The notes: generated by a model not told the origin, from the letters alone. DNA of 62,921 nt, filler included, from Octopus bimaculoides (GCF_001194135.2; 8 parts of 7 records of this genome joined end to end with filler, not necessarily neighbours in it); one strand, 5' to 3'. Counted from the first letter of the whole stretch, positions 11,966-26,480 are shown. Numbers and translations: made by a program.

Positions 11966-14071
11966 ACAGTTCAATTTTTAAAATATAAATTCTTTTCTTC
12001 TTTTGTATGTATGGCCAGGATGACAAGCTCAAACATTCCTTAATGTATGTTGAAAAGTAGGTCACATAGTGGCTATTGTTAAGTGTCCTGATGTGAAATA
12101 CTTGTAGCAGAATGGATTGACAAAAGCATAAATGACAAACTATTCTCTCTCCCTTTTATTTATAGTTGTTGTTTGGATGTAGCAGAGAATACTTAGCTAT
12201 AAAGATCATGTTTTAACCATTTGCTCTAATTGGTTAGTTTTTAGGCACAATTTGTCCCCTAAACAATCACACCAAATAACCCGGTCAACCAATGAGATGT
12301 GCTCAAGTGGATCGTGTGTTCTCTTGGCGGAAAAACCTTTCACATCTCTGTGGAGCCCAGCGATTTCCTTAAATAGATCAGTCTTTCTCCACTTAGGGAG
12401 TCTAGCTCGCGCTTGCTACCAGGAAGCTATTGCTCACTTTCTCCACGTTATGACACAATGAAATTCATCACTGCCAAATATTGCTGCTCCCAGCTCTTAC
12501 TGCATCTAATGCCAACAACGACAACATCATAATTCATACTCACATATGTAAACTCACTAAGTGAATATGACTTTTAGCGTTCCCACAGAAACCTTAAGTT
12601 ACCTTATACAATGTTTAATGTCATTTCATATTCATGCTGAATTATGCAGCAATCTTATGTTCTCTTCATAGAACACTTGTAATGTATGTATTACCAGTTC
12701 TTTAGGTATTGTAGATTTTGCTATTCTTGCTTATGTCTCCTCACAGATATGCATATTCTAACAAGTTGCTTCTTAAATTTCACACCTATCTTGGTCAATA
12801 AACACTGAGTTAAACTTGCAAAGCTGTTTATTTTTTCCTTTCAATTTTTAATGTTTATTTTAGCGGGTTACCAAACTATCAGTTTGGTCTCCCTGCTAAA
12901 CGCTTGTTTCAGAATTAATTCTCTTTTTGTTTTAGTTTGTAGAGACAATCTATGTCCATACCAGCAAGGAGGGAAAATAGTTATAAAATAGCAAATGATG
13001 TTCAATCTTTGACAGCATTAATTCTGTAAGTTTTGATACAGCACAGTAATTTTATATTTCTTTAATTAGGAGTATATTTCCATGCTAGATAAAAAAAAAA
13101 AAAAAANNNNNNNNNNNNNNNNNNNNNNNNNNNNNNNNNNNNNNNNNNNNNNNNNNNNNNNNNNNNNNNNNNNNNNNNNNNNNNNNNNNNNNNNNNNNNN
13201 NNNNNNNNNNNNNNNNNNNNNNNNNNNNNNNNNNNNNNNNNNNNNNNNNNNNNNNNNNNNNNNNNNNNNNNNNNNNNNNNNNNNNNNNNNNNNNNNNNNN
13301 NNNNNNNNNNNNNNNNNNNNNNNNNNNNNNNNNNNNNNNNNNNNNNNNNNNNNNNNNNNNNNNNNNNNNNNNNNNNNNNNNNNNNNNNNNNNNNNNNNNN
13401 NNNNNNNNNNNNNNNNNNNNNNNNNNNNNNNNNNNNNNNNNNNNNNNNNNNNNNNNNNNNNNNNNNNNNNNNNNNNNNNNNNNNNNNNNNNNNNNNNNNN
13501 NNNNNNNNNNNNNNNNNNNNNNNNNNNNNNNNNNNNNNNNNNNNNNNNNNNNNNNNNNNNNNNNNNNNNNNNNNNNNNNNNNNNNNNNNNNNNNNNNNNN
13601 NNNNNNNNNNNNNNNNNNNNNNNNNNNNNNNNNNNNNNNNNNNNNNNNNNNNNNNNNNNNNNNNNNNNNNNNNNNNNNNNNNNNNNNNNNNNNNNNNNNN
13701 NNNNNNNNNNNNNNNNNNNNNNNNNNNNNNNNNNNNNNNNNNNNNNNNNNNNNNNNNNNNNNNNNNNNNNNNNNNNNNNNNNNNNNNNNNNNNNNNNNNN
13801 NNNNNNNNNNNNNNNNNNNNNNNNNNNNNNNNNNNNNNNNNNNNNNNNNNNNNNNNNNNNNNNNNNNNNNNNNNNNNNNNNNNNNNNNNNNNNNNNNNNN
13901 NNNNNNNNNNNNNNNNNNNNNNNNNNNNNNNNNNNNNNNNNNNNNNNNNNNNNNNNNNNNNNNNNNNNNNNNNNNNNNNNNNNNNNNNNNNNNNNNNNNN
14001 NNNNNNNNNNNNNNNNNNNNNNNNNNNNNNNNNNNNNNNNATAGTCTTGACTGTTATATATATATATATAA

Positions 14072-15840
14072 AGAGGTGGGCACCATTAATCGAAAAGTTA
14101 ACATTGTTAATCTGTTACCCCAAAAAGTTAACTTCATCAATCATTAATCCGTTAATTCTTTGAAAATGGAATGGAAGCTAATGTTAATCCATTAACTTTT
14201 ATTGAAAAAAGGCATAACTACAGTTTAATACCCCACCAACTTTGTAGCCTCATAACTTCCAGAAGAAGGGATACTTTTTAACAAAACTTTCACCAAATAA
14301 TCGCTTATATGCTTTAGATTGAATATATGTAAAGATTTGTGGGGAAAATATTTTCCGAGGGGTTGGGGAGAGGAATTTCGAAAAATTCACAGGACCTGAC
14401 ATCTCCACNNNNNNNNNNATTGATACTTTTCAATATTTTTCTCCCCACAAACAAATCTTATGGAATGATGATGTCAAAGTAAACATATGTTGTTCCAACC
14501 AAGCAAAACCATGTTATGTGTGTCTGTAAGAAAGAAAAAACACCTAAAAACATCTTTAGTGTTCAGATTAATCTGTCAAATGTAATGCTTATTTGTTCAC
14601 ATTATTTTGAATTATACAGGTTCAAAGAGGTTGTCCATAATATTGCTTGTAACTTTGTAAAGTTTTTAACATACAGATTTGAAATTTTGTCAGTGGGTGC
14701 TTTATATACCACTGGGTTATAGTTATGTAATTTTAGCTGATCTTGCTGAGTAAATTTGACTTTTATGAGCAGGTAAATTTGACTTTTATGAGCAGGTAAA
14801 TTTAATTAACAGGTGTAAAAGCAATAACATTATGTATAAACACTAAAATTGACATTCTTAAAGCATCTTACCTGTTTGATTTGTTACTAAAATTATCCCA
14901 GATGGCAACCAATAAAAATTTTGCCACTTTTCAAGATGAGGTACATTAACTTGAATTAATTAAAATACAGGTATAATCAGTACAAGATTTTATTATTTCG
15001 GTAAATATTTCATACCTCAGTGTGGAATAATTTTTTTTCCACAGTTTTTTTCAGGTGCATTCAATGTATCTGACCTCCAAACCTGCTGCAAGCCACTTTT
15101 TTCTGGAAAAGAAAGTTGGGTGGGCTTGTAGGGACCTCGAAGTTTCCCACCAAGTAAGTTTTGTTTCGCAGGTTTTTTTTTTCTCTTTTCCAGGTTTATT
15201 TTGCATGCTTTCAATGAATGTGACATTGAAATCACGTGTTAACAGCTCCTTTTTCCAGAAAAGAAAAGATTTGGCTGCTATTTCTAGCATGCCCTGCTAC
15301 CACATTATAGCTATTTGCGTTCATACCCAAATATTTACCAACTTTTCTCCTTCCATTTATTCTTTCCGTTTTATGGAAATCAGTATTTTCTCTGTTGACA
15401 TCCACCTCAGTTAACTGCTTTTCTCCCAGTTCTGTGCTTTCTGGAAGAAAAGCCCTCACATTATCTCAAAGCTATGAGAATTCACTAATGTGATTTGTTT
15501 ATTTTTTTTTTAAAGATTTCGTAGAGGAATTAGATACAACAGGTTTTGGCTGGTTTAAATACTAAAGGGTTAAAAAGTGCCAAAACTATAAAATCAGCTT
15601 TTTTGGCCTTTTTGAGGGCTTTAGAACCCAAAAACTATAGGTTATTTATTATTTTTTTTTTTGCTTCAGAGTTAAAAAATACTGATTTTATAATTTTGAA
15701 TTTTGAAGAGCCTAAAAAAGGCTGAAAGAATGATACATACAATATGCTAAGACAATCTGAAAACAATAGAAACTTTTAAATGTTTACCAGTTTTTATGAA
15801 ATTTTGGGGTTAATGGACTTGAGTTAACAGAAGCTAAATA
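14072..15840. mobile_element. Composite non-coding DNA-transposon-like repeat region
   Basis: Start agaggtgggcaccattaatcgaaaagttaac with repeated gttaac sub-terminal motifs; 14260-14400 resembles 62590-62710; 23-bp tandem at 14748-14803; no matching far terminus seen. Confidence 0.35.
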
Positions 15841-15845
15841 TAATG

Positions 15846-17992
15846 AAAGTTTTCCTCACTAAGTTTAAAGCCATACTCCTTTATTCTTTCAAAGACCATT
15901 TTAACATGTTCCTCATGCTGGCCTCGAGACTTACTTTTAATGAGTATGTCATCTAAGTAAGCTATAGTGAAATCTGTATCTGCAAGCATAGTGTCCATCA
16001 CCTGTTGGAAAATACTAGGTGCCTTTATGGATGTTTATTGTTTATAATTTCGAACATTCCTCCTCAACTTGTAACTGTAAATATACCTCCAACAAGTCCA
16101 ACTTTGAAAAAAAATTTCCTCCATTTAGTTTCACAAAAATTTCCTCTGGATTTGGTAATGTCATCAAACATTCATTCAAGCCTGTTGAAAAGTCAGCCCA
16201 TACTTGTATTTTATTATTTTTTTCTTTACATAAACAGCTGGTGATGCCTATTCTGAATAATCAATTTTTTTCTATAACTCCAAGCTTTTCAAGTCTATCC
16301 AATTCCTCATTGACTTGATTCAACACCATGAAAGGTACAGCTCACTTCAGTTTAAATACCGGTACAGCGTTTTCTTTCACTTGAAATTTTACTTTTGTTT
16401 TGGTGCACCTACCTAATTCTTCAGAAAAAATCATCAGGAAAATTTTTTTTTTATTTCTTTTTTAAATCCTCTGATGCCTTATTTGAACTGGTGTAAGAAC
16501 CATTTACATTATTACAAAAAATATTTATGGGGAGGTCCCATAAATTAAATAGTTTCATTCAGCCTGTGCCAAATAGGTTTGTTGTATATTTTAATACAAA
16601 ATCTTTGGCTTTCGAAGTTTTTTCACAAAATGTCACTTCACTTATCATTTCACGCAAAAATTGCAATTGTTTCTCTGAAATACCTCGCGCAATTTTCAAA
16701 ATTTTTTTCAATGTCGACTTTCCTATTTTTCTCCATGTATCACTATTAATTATCATGATTTCACTACTTGTGTCCAACTGTGGTCTTGTATTCACATTAT
16801 TTATTTTTATGGAGACAAATTTTCTTTTTTGTGCCTCACTTTGCATTTGTGTTGACAATAATTTTTTTTCTTAAATTTTTTTCCATTCAGCCTATTTTGT
16901 TTCACCCAACAATGTGAATTCTAATGTCTGATTTTTCCACATCTAAAACATTTTAGATTTTTAAAAGGACAGTTTCTTTTAAAATGCATTTCTCCACATT
17001 CATAGCATGGTTTTGGTCTTGACTGCTGTTTTTCTTTTTTCTTATCCATTACAGGTCAACACATATGTATATTTGAATAATCTTTTTCAATTTTTTCTGC
17101 ATCATGTTGTAAGTTTATAATCCTTTAGCATTCTTCAGTTACTATCTGTTGAGTTAGTTTCGAATCTTGTTCTAGTTTTGTCAATATCCGAGCCTTTATC
17201 TCTGCATCTTTGCTTGCAGTTAATTCTTGTACAAAGATTAAACATTTGAACATGTCTGTGGTCAATTCATTTAGCTTAAATTTTTCACATTCTCTGTTTA
17301 CAATTCTGGCATATGTGACGAAATCTTCAGTTTCTATTTTTTTCAAATTCAAGAACTCCCAGCAACTATTAAATAGTGAACTTCTTTCACTGAATATTTT
17401 GGATAACAGGTTAATTGTTTCCTCAAAACAAATTTCGGATGATTTTCTCGGCTGGATGTAATTACCATACTTTTCATGTTCTGCAGGTGATAATTTCCTT
17501 AAACGAAGTCATACCTTCTTTTCATCTATCCAGTTTCTACATTCTTCTTTCATACCTTTTGAAGTATGCAGAAAACATAATCCCTTCTTCTGAATTATAA
17601 GTAAATTCTTCAATTGAATTAACAACCCTATCTGCCAAAAACGAACTTGAAGTGTTTTTGGACTACAACAATAATTCCAACAGCTGTTGATTTTGCTGTT
17701 GTTGTTGCAATTGCTGTTATTGTTATAGTTGCTGTTTCTGTTGTTCTTGTAGTTTCCGTTGCAACTGTACCATGCTAAGAACGTACACAGTGAGCTTTGA
17801 ATGTCACGTCGCCACTCCTATATTGTTGTGTTACAAAAACTAAATCAATAACAAACACATAACAAATTTATATCTCTTCTCAACAACTACGACTGCCTTC
17901 ACAAATGCGACTGCACACACCAGACTGTACGTTGCACTGTTAGTATGCATGCACCTTTATATGGTTTAGGACAGTTCACTTGCTATCCAACA
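15846..17992 (-). mobile_element. 3'-truncated Gypsy (K02A2.6-like) LTR retrotransposon: 5' LTR, PBS, gag, protease, RT
   Basis: gag DFVTYARIVNRECEKFKLNELTTDMFKCLIFVQ; protease LDTSSEIMIINSDTW; RT IFQQVMDTML...AYLDDILIK (YLDD 15948-15959); PBS tggcgacgtg 17805-17814. Confidence 0.92.
17824..17992 (-). repeat. 5' LTR (169 bp) of the Gypsy element
   Basis: Minus strand begins TGTTG and ends CAACA, contains TATAAA, and is followed 9 nt later by the PBS. Confidence 0.75.
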
Positions 17993-20649
17993 GGGGTGTC
18001 AGGATTTCACCAGAGTAAAATCCAAAGAAATTTTGGGGGGAGAAAAAAATGGAAGTGGGTGGTGTGCACATGAATGAGTGGAGTTCTGATTGAAACACAT
18101 GCTAAAACCCCTCATAACTTTCTTTATTTTTGCAAATTTTCATAAAACTTTTTCAATTCTGTCTTCTGCACAATGGAATTAATAAATTCTAAAAGTTTCC
18201 ACTGTTTAATGACATTTATAATTGTATTGTCATTTTGGTTTCTGCTTGTATTTTATACCCATAATATGCAGGGATTGCTGGGGATACATTGCCAAATGTG
18301 AACTTGGATAAACAAAGAAAGAAAAAAAGTTAGAATGGTCATGGTCAAAACACTTTTGATCATAGGTTTATTCAGTCTGAGCTAAACTATGAGTAAACAA
18401 TCATAACTAGTGTCATCAAGAAGCAAAAGTGCCTCTCATCAACTTGAATCCCTGTATCTACCCAATAACCACCAATATGGTTTTCGAACATTTAGATCCA
18501 CTAGACACCTAATTTCCTACTCTACAGTTATTTCCTACATGTTGTGACTATGAAAACATCCTTCAATGGCAAGATGACAACCTAATTTAATTTAATAGTG
18601 TGTGTGTGTGTGTGTGTGTGTGGAGAGATAAAACTGGTAACTGGGACAAAATGAGCCTTTCATTTGGTGAGTATTTGTTGGGAACTAAGATATTTTATAA
18701 CTCGGAAGAGGAAGGCCAGTCTTTGATGCAGTCATTACTAAGTAGAGGACTGTGTTCAAGAAAGATACTCAGTGAGGATGTGGCCTAGAATCTGTAATGC
18801 TTGTAATATCTTATAATAATTCTGCCTGTCATTGCGTTACTTAGCCCACAGGTAGAGGGAATGTAATTGTCATGTTTTCTTGTGGTTAGTTGAAGGGAAA
18901 GAGAGGAGAAAGAAAAAGGAGAGAGAAAAAAGAGGATAAGGTGAAGAGTGAGACAGAGAGGGAGAAAGAAAAAGAGGGAGAAAGAAAAAGAGGGAGAGAG
19001 AAGCATAATATTTATTAGGTGGTTAAAATATTCATGGGTCCTGCTAGTAGTATTCTATATTATAACTGTAGTATGGTCAAAATGACATCACAATATCTGA
19101 GCTTCTTCTTTTGATGAAAAAACACTCAGCTCTAAATTTGAAATAACACTTTTTACTCAAGTCTTACACTGATGTTAATACTTATATGTAACTATCATAC
19201 TTCTATTCTGAGTGTTGAAATTAATCTTTTATTCATCACAGTGGGTTTTTTTCTGTAGCCTTGTGCTAAACTTCTCGTTAGCTAAATTAAAAAAGAGTGG
19301 CAGTTATATAGCATCCAGGTAACCTCTGACAAAATCATGTCTTATCATAATACAAATACACAATTTCTATTTGGGATGTAAATTAATATGATANNNNNNN
19401 NNNNNNNNNNNNNNNNNNNNNNNNNNNNNNNNNNNNNNNNNNNNNNNNNNNNNNNNNNNNNNNNNNNNNNNNNNNNNNNNNNNNNNNNNNNNNNNNNNNN
19501 NNNNNNNNNNNNNNNNNNNNNNNNNNNNNNNNNNNCATTATTGAAAAACTTTCTAGTTAAATACTAATCAGGTTGATTTATCTCAAATATATTCATGATA
19601 ATACGGATTAATTATAAATGATTGCCTCTCTTAACACCTTGTTTCTTTCTCCATTCTGTTTCATTGAAATACAAATTTACTACATTTCTATGTTCCCTTC
19701 TAGATAGATTTGAGAAAAATAAAAAGATATCCTCAGTTTCAGCACAGTTTTGATTTTGAGTTTGGCATGAAAATGAACTCCAGTCTTGAATTAGATATTT
19801 TTGTTTACTTTGCAACATGTCCAAATGGAAGTCTGTGTGAACCTTTCTCTTTTTAGTCATATTGTATCTTTTCAATTTATATTTTTACATTAATACTTTC
19901 CACACTACTGTCTGTATTTACTTACATTCCTTTATTTATCAAATATTAAGTGTTATGATTTATATTTATTCATAGTTTTCTTCCTTTTACAGATTTTACA
20001 TTGTATGTGTGTCAGAGAATACAAATGAAAGTGCTGAATGACCAATATTTTTTATATAAGAATTGTAGTACAATGGGTGTCACAGGACCCGTCTCCTTTG
20101 TTAAATCACAGCAATGTTTTGTTAACAATTATAGGTTGCAAGATTGAAAGATAATTATTGATGCTAACTATTTGTATCATTTTATACACAGGGATACTTT
20201 GGCTTAAGTCATTCTTGAAGATACATTGGTTTTCAAAAATAATATATGGAAAAATAAAAATCAAGTTAAATCATTTTACTCAACCTTATGTCAGTCCATC
20301 TATAATATTGGAATCATAAAAACACTAAGAAACATTAAAAGCACATAAAATCATGATACAACAAATAAGAATAAAAGCATATAAAATCAGATTAAAATAC
20401 AGTAAATGCTAAAATACACACCATAAAGTAGTGTAGCCTAGTTCGCTAAAGCATGAAATCAGTTGTGTTTTATCTACCTTTCAAAGTGTTTATCTATCTT
20501 TCAGAGCTCATATTGAACTGGTAGTTCCAATATCTACCATTAAGCAGCAGTGTGATTCCTGCAATTGTTTTGAATTCAGATTTGTTTACATCTATTTATC
20601 TTTTAGATTCTCTCATTTACATTCATTTGTAACTTTAATTTTAACCCCT

Positions 20650-20880
20650 ATGCTTCCTAAGAAAATTCCTGGTGAAAGTGTTAAGTGTCATGCTGGAGGA
20701 TAAGTTGGCGATGATAAAGCATCATGATAAAGATGAAAAAGTTGGAGCGATTGCACGATCTTTTGAGGTGAGTCAGACAACTGTGTCAACGATTGTGCAT
20801 AACAAGGAGAAGATTTTAACACATATCACATCTTTATTGAAGAATATGACAGAGTTGGCTGTAACTATAAAAAGAAAAAA
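20650..20880 (+). mobile_element. Tigger/pogo transposase N-terminal (CENP-B-type HTH) relic
   Basis: VLSVMLEDKLAMIKHHDKDEKVGAIARSFEVSQTTVSTIVHNKEKIL matches the pogo/Tigger HTH pattern; frameshifted after the ATG at about 20650. Confidence 0.75.
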
Positions 20881-21104
20881 ATTAATCCAGTTTTTATCAT
20901 TCCAGACTTTATGCCTCTCCCATCACTGAGTGACATTTCATCAGCCACTCTTGATATTAAACACCACATTATGTTGTTAACCTTAGGTTCAGACTTGGAG
21001 TTTTTAAAAGAAGAGTTAAAAATAGTTGCCAGTACCATTGTGTATTGGGTGAAGAATGCTAACTATGAAATTCATGATGCTATGGTGACAGCTTTGGTTG
21101 TATG

Positions 21105-21159
<55 letters not shown>

Positions 21160-24100
21160 GATAAAAATTTTAAATGATAAAACAGACACAAAGAAAGTAT
21201 TTTTTCAAAGCTCTGCTGGAAATCAGAAAAGTATGTGTAACTTATTGAAGGTGCAAGGAATGAAATTTTAAGTAAAATTAATCAAAATCTTATAAAATTC
21301 TGTGGAAACCCATCATATGATTGGAAAACTAAAATTAATACCCCTGTTGTACATAACTTCAATCAATTTCAAGTTACATTGCGCTATGTCTTACCTTTGA
21401 ATGAACTGCTTCAAGAATCTTTCTATGCAACAAGTCCCTCTTCCATATTTTCTGGAACATTTCTTTGCAATTTATTTCTTGAAATCCATAACCAAAAAAA
21501 CCCCAAGAATTCTTATCAAATTTGTTGGTTCCTGGTAGTAAGTTTGAATCTCTTTTTATTTTTTGTGATAATGCTTTTCATTCGATTTGAAACCATGCTA
21601 CATTGCAGAACAAAATGCAAAAAAAAAAAAAAAATCTCAGAAAATACATAAGGTTAAGGTTTGAGAATTTAGACTTATCTGACAATAATCTTGAGACGAA
21701 TATTACTACTGCAAACAGGTACAATATCTTTGCCTAAAGCTTTATTTCAATTTTAAGAACTCCATATAAAGTAAATTAACATTTTTATGCTTCACTTTCA
21801 TTAATTTTATTTTCAGATTTTTAAAATTTGTTATTACCCTGCATGCGTAAGCGAAAGCAGAGTATTGTAATCACTCTTCTTTGTTTGTTTGTTTGCAAAA
21901 TGACTGGAAAATGGCCAAACAGATTCCCACCATGTTTGGCAGATATACTCATTGGGTGAGTGGCTCGAAATGATGAACATTTGGTTTGATTATCTTTAAA
22001 AAAAATGAATAAATAAAAATTTTTTTAAAAGATCAAACTTACAAATTTCCTGATAAGCAATTAGTCATATTATTTTGTTCACTCTTTTTCATATGAATCA
22101 ACCCTCATCTGCATATGTATAGATTATGGTGTACCTGTGTGTGCAGACATGTGTGCAATTAAAAATATTCTTTTCTATATTTTAAACAACTGAAATTATT
22201 ATAGCTAAAGATACTTCTTTCAAAATTCTGATTTTGTTTCTCTCACATCCTCTTGTGGTAAGTCTTTGATAAAATATTTCACAATAGCACTCTCTGAGAG
22301 AATGTGTTTCCCATCACTGAAATGCATTTTTTCATTTTAAAACATTTCTTTACATGGTGGAAGTGAGAGGTAAATGTTTGTCAAAAAACATTGATACCCT
22401 GAGATTTTGTATAAAGGTATTTTACTGTATATTAAGCTTTAGAATTGTTATTATTTTGCCCTGATGCAAACTTCCTGGAATTTGGTAAATTGAGTATGAC
22501 TAGTTAAGCTGAATACCATCAGAATCTACTTGCATTCAAGCAATCTAACGAAGAATCCTCTGTGCAGACTCTCAGCTTGCTAGAATTTTCTCTGGAATCA
22601 CACCCACAACTATCTTAAATAATGTATACAAAAAATGAAGCTGGTGATAGCTCAAACAGAGCTGAGTCTAAACAACAACAGGCATACAGAAACAGATTGA
22701 ACAGTGGAGAAAATACAATTTGTCCATTTCCAGATGATTCATCACTGCAGGTTGTAATATACAGTGTAATCTTCATCTAGTCAAGGCAGTGCATGTCCAA
22801 AACAACAGATATGTGGTTTGTGACATGGAGTTACATGACAACATTGTTAGCAAAGAAACTTCCTCCCAGATCACCAAACCTTAAAACATATAGAACCTGA
22901 AACATTTCAAACAATGTACTACAAAAGTCTGTTCTGTTAACTCTCCTTTTAGATCTGCCTACATGATCTGCGTACACTTTCCTAAAATATATGGCCAAGC
23001 CAGCAGTTGAGCCTCTATGTGGGCACTCTACTTAGAAATAGCAACCAAATCACAGCCTGTTGTTTAAAGAAGGGAAGAATATATTGGATAATGTGGTTCT
23101 ATTTATATTATGCCTGAAATAAAATAAGAATGGTCATTGCTAGAACATCTTTGTTCATGAGTCTGTCCACTTGAGGCTAAACATTAATATATACACAATG
23201 TCACACACATTTCATGTCACAGTTAACTCTTCACATCATTACCCAAACACAGTTGAAACAGTCTATATAAACCTTCTGACTCTCTATATAAACCTCCTGA
23301 CCCTAAAATATAGACCAAAAAATTGTTCCCACTAAATCCAAATCCTCCCTTCTTACCAGTAACACCAACTATTACACACAAAAAGAAAAAAATCATACCA
23401 CAGAAAAAAATGAAAATACTGAGAATTGTTGGGTTTAAGCCAGTAGGATGAATGGACCACATATAATTACCTACATTATGTCAAAATGTGTAGTATGGAC
23501 CTCAGCTGCTCAGAAGTATAATATATCTTGCACTATAGACCTGTAGATTGTATCTAGTCATTTGGTTAACCTCAATCAGAGTTGATCTGGAACCAGTAAT
23601 ATCACGTATAACATTCATAACATACACAGAAAACAAAGTCATGAAAGTAAGACAATGCAAAGACACACTTAGAATACTCACATGCCCACATTTGATCAAA
23701 GCAATGAAAGAAATATCACAGGCTGAAAATCCTGCCTGAACCTCCAACTGGAATATGCATAGTTTGTTGTTACAATACACTCTAAACTTCAGCCCCTAGT
23801 ACTACATATACAATCACTTCCAAATAGCCATTTAAAATTTAATGTTGACTTCTAAATCTTACTCAGTTTCTTTATGTCTAGAGGTGGATTAAATAATTGT
23901 TTTCCTGAGGCAATATTTAATCTTCAGTTGCGTACTTTCCTCTTTCTGTCACCTCTGCTGTGTTTTACTTTCCAAATCTTGCACTAAACATTTCAATCCA
24001 ACTCTTCCTTTCTTCAAGAATGGCAACTGTCTGCAAAACCCCTCCTTGTTAACAATAATCTACATTTGTTCTGTTTAAACTGAGCAGCAACTGCATTGTT

Positions 24101-25639
24101 TCCATCAGTCTAGGTGGAGTTTGCAAAGGTCATTACTTTCCTCCTTTAATATATTAGAGAGGAAGAAATAAAATTTACATCTATTTAATCCCTGAATACC
24201 ACTGTCATCATCCTAAAAACAGCAATCCTTCCACACAATACAGACAACATAAAAAACATATGCATACAAAAACAGCAACAGTATCAATAACAAGATTAAC
24301 CCAAAATATTGTGCTGAGATGAGTTCAACTGATCAGTAACTTAATTATCAGTAACTACTTAACATGGATGTCTTGTTAGAACACAAAATACTGCATTATT
24401 AACCCTGAGAGATCTTCTCATATAAGCGCTTGGTGCATAAAAGCACACACATAAATCATAGCAGGTGAGAATTGTCTTTTATAGATTCCTGAACTCCCAT
24501 ATCACATGGTTTCAGTTATGGGAAGTTTCAGTGGGAAGTGTCTGGTGACTGCATACCAGTCAAATCTGCCACAATATATACAATATCAGCATCTATTCAG
24601 ACATTGCTGTCACAAATAGCCTGCAGACTTATTAAAAATTAATTATTAGAGACAGAAGCAATATTAGCACCAAAACGCAATTTTTATATCCAACTTAATG
24701 TGCATGCCTTGTTAGAACACTGAATACTGCATTATTAACCTTGGGAGATCTCCTCATATAGGCACTTGGTGTGTTTCGATGAAGTGAGAAGAATGTGCTG
24801 GGGAATTCTCAAAGAATATTATCAAGACTGATATAATTTTTAAAAAATGAGATCTTTGTGATTTTAGTAATAAACACAATAATGATGAGAATTTGCTTGC
24901 ATTTAATAACTGACAAAAAAAAAAAAGAACATTATTGTGCACTGTCCTAGTACACCTCACCTTGCTTTACTGCTGTAAAACTGAAGCTTTCAATCACATT
25001 TCAAACAAGATAGTAAAAAAGAAACATATTTCAGTTTGATCAACTAATCATTGCATGACAAATGTCTATAACCCAACCTTAGACCTGGCTGAAACTGCAT
25101 TTCATCAATTTACCAAAGCTGTTATTCTCCACTACTTTAGACAAGTCATTTCCATCTACTATATAGTTGTTCTCCACATTAGTAAATAAGCTTTGTTATT
25201 GTTTTTCCGTTAATACTCCCAGAAGGTAGAACAGTCCTTTAAACCTTTCTAGGCCTCCAAGTTTGATAAAGTAGAACATTGGGATTGACATTCAGCTTGA
25301 ATTTCCATTGGTCAGTATCTGTGAATAAAATTTGAGCAAAGAAGGAATCACAGAAGTTCACAGCTCTGAAGAAGAATGATAGGACAGTGTTTAATGGGTA
25401 TTGAAATGAGAGATGCTAAAGATAACAAGAAGTTAGCAAGCAGAGATATTGGGATGGGTACATGATTTGCTAGTTCAAAAGTAGCTGAGACTCGTAACAG
25501 ATGTAAAATACAAATGGCTGGTAGTGAAGTAATTGTTGTATATGAGCAAGTTAACATTCGTCTAGCAGTTGGGTGATTTTTTTTTTTCATGTTATCTCAA
25601 ATATTTGTGTACTTAACCATAGTGCAACTCCTATATGTT

Positions 25640-26480
25640 AGCAGTAGTCTAATTTGTGGGAAATTTATGTCCTTGTGAGAGCCAGGAAATATCAAGGATG
25701 AAGTGCTTACCTTTGAAGTGAAAGTATGATATTCAGGATTTCATTTTGGCTGTTACAGGTGCATGATTTACAATGACTTTGATGGTTTGAACTATTAGTT
25801 GTTACTAGGTGAAATGGTAATTTGCTGTATATTTATTTGTTGTGTTGCAATTGTATTTAGATAATGTAGAGACAGGATTGCCACATCTCATTAAATGTTT
25901 TTAAATCTATATTCACAGAAGTAATGAATGTTTTGCAAGAAAAGTTACCAGTTTGGTGCTGTAGGATAGAAATGAAACTGTCAAGTTTCATTTCACATAA
26001 AGAGACAATTAATGGTGCTGGATCCACATCACTAAAATGTATGAAGAAATTGGCACTCATTTGGAAATTATGTCAAAACTGTTTGATGAATATTTTACTG
26101 CTGACACACTGGAAATTTCAGAAAAATTGGTTATGAACCTATATTTCTACAATCTGGAGAAAATTTCAGATAATGGTGAGCTGAAAGATCTTATTTACTA
26201 GCAAAAGTATCAAGCTCTTGAATTGCAATTTCAAAGCAAAGCTTAGAAGTTTTGATATTCAGCACTGGTTATGCTCCTAAGACTTTGTGGTAAAGCACTC
26301 TGTGTCCTCATTCTATTTGTTATAACAACTTGTATGAATCTGAATTCAACCCTCTCTTGCCAAGACAAGATTTAGGAATTGCCTGAATCCACAGCCCAAC
26401 CAGTAGATCACAATCAGCAATAAAATTCTACTTCTCAATGAAGTCATTAATGTGAAACAACCACAAAGAAGTTCTTGAAT
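25640..26480 (+). mobile_element. Decayed hAT (Charlie/Buster-like) transposase C-terminal half
   Basis: Degenerate KDEVLTF, EKLPVWCCRIE and a C-terminus resembling TTxLCESGFS..KTRFRNCLNPQ...KQPQRSS*; many indels. Confidence 0.7.

Noticed and set aside
12090-13040. Possible solo LTR (TG...CA with AATAAA)
   Set aside because: No target-site duplication or second copy to define the ends
15017-15459. Overlapping ORFs as a THAP or transposase gene
   Set aside because: Only a vague FPxK...W resemblance; region shows an old internal duplication and repeat motifs
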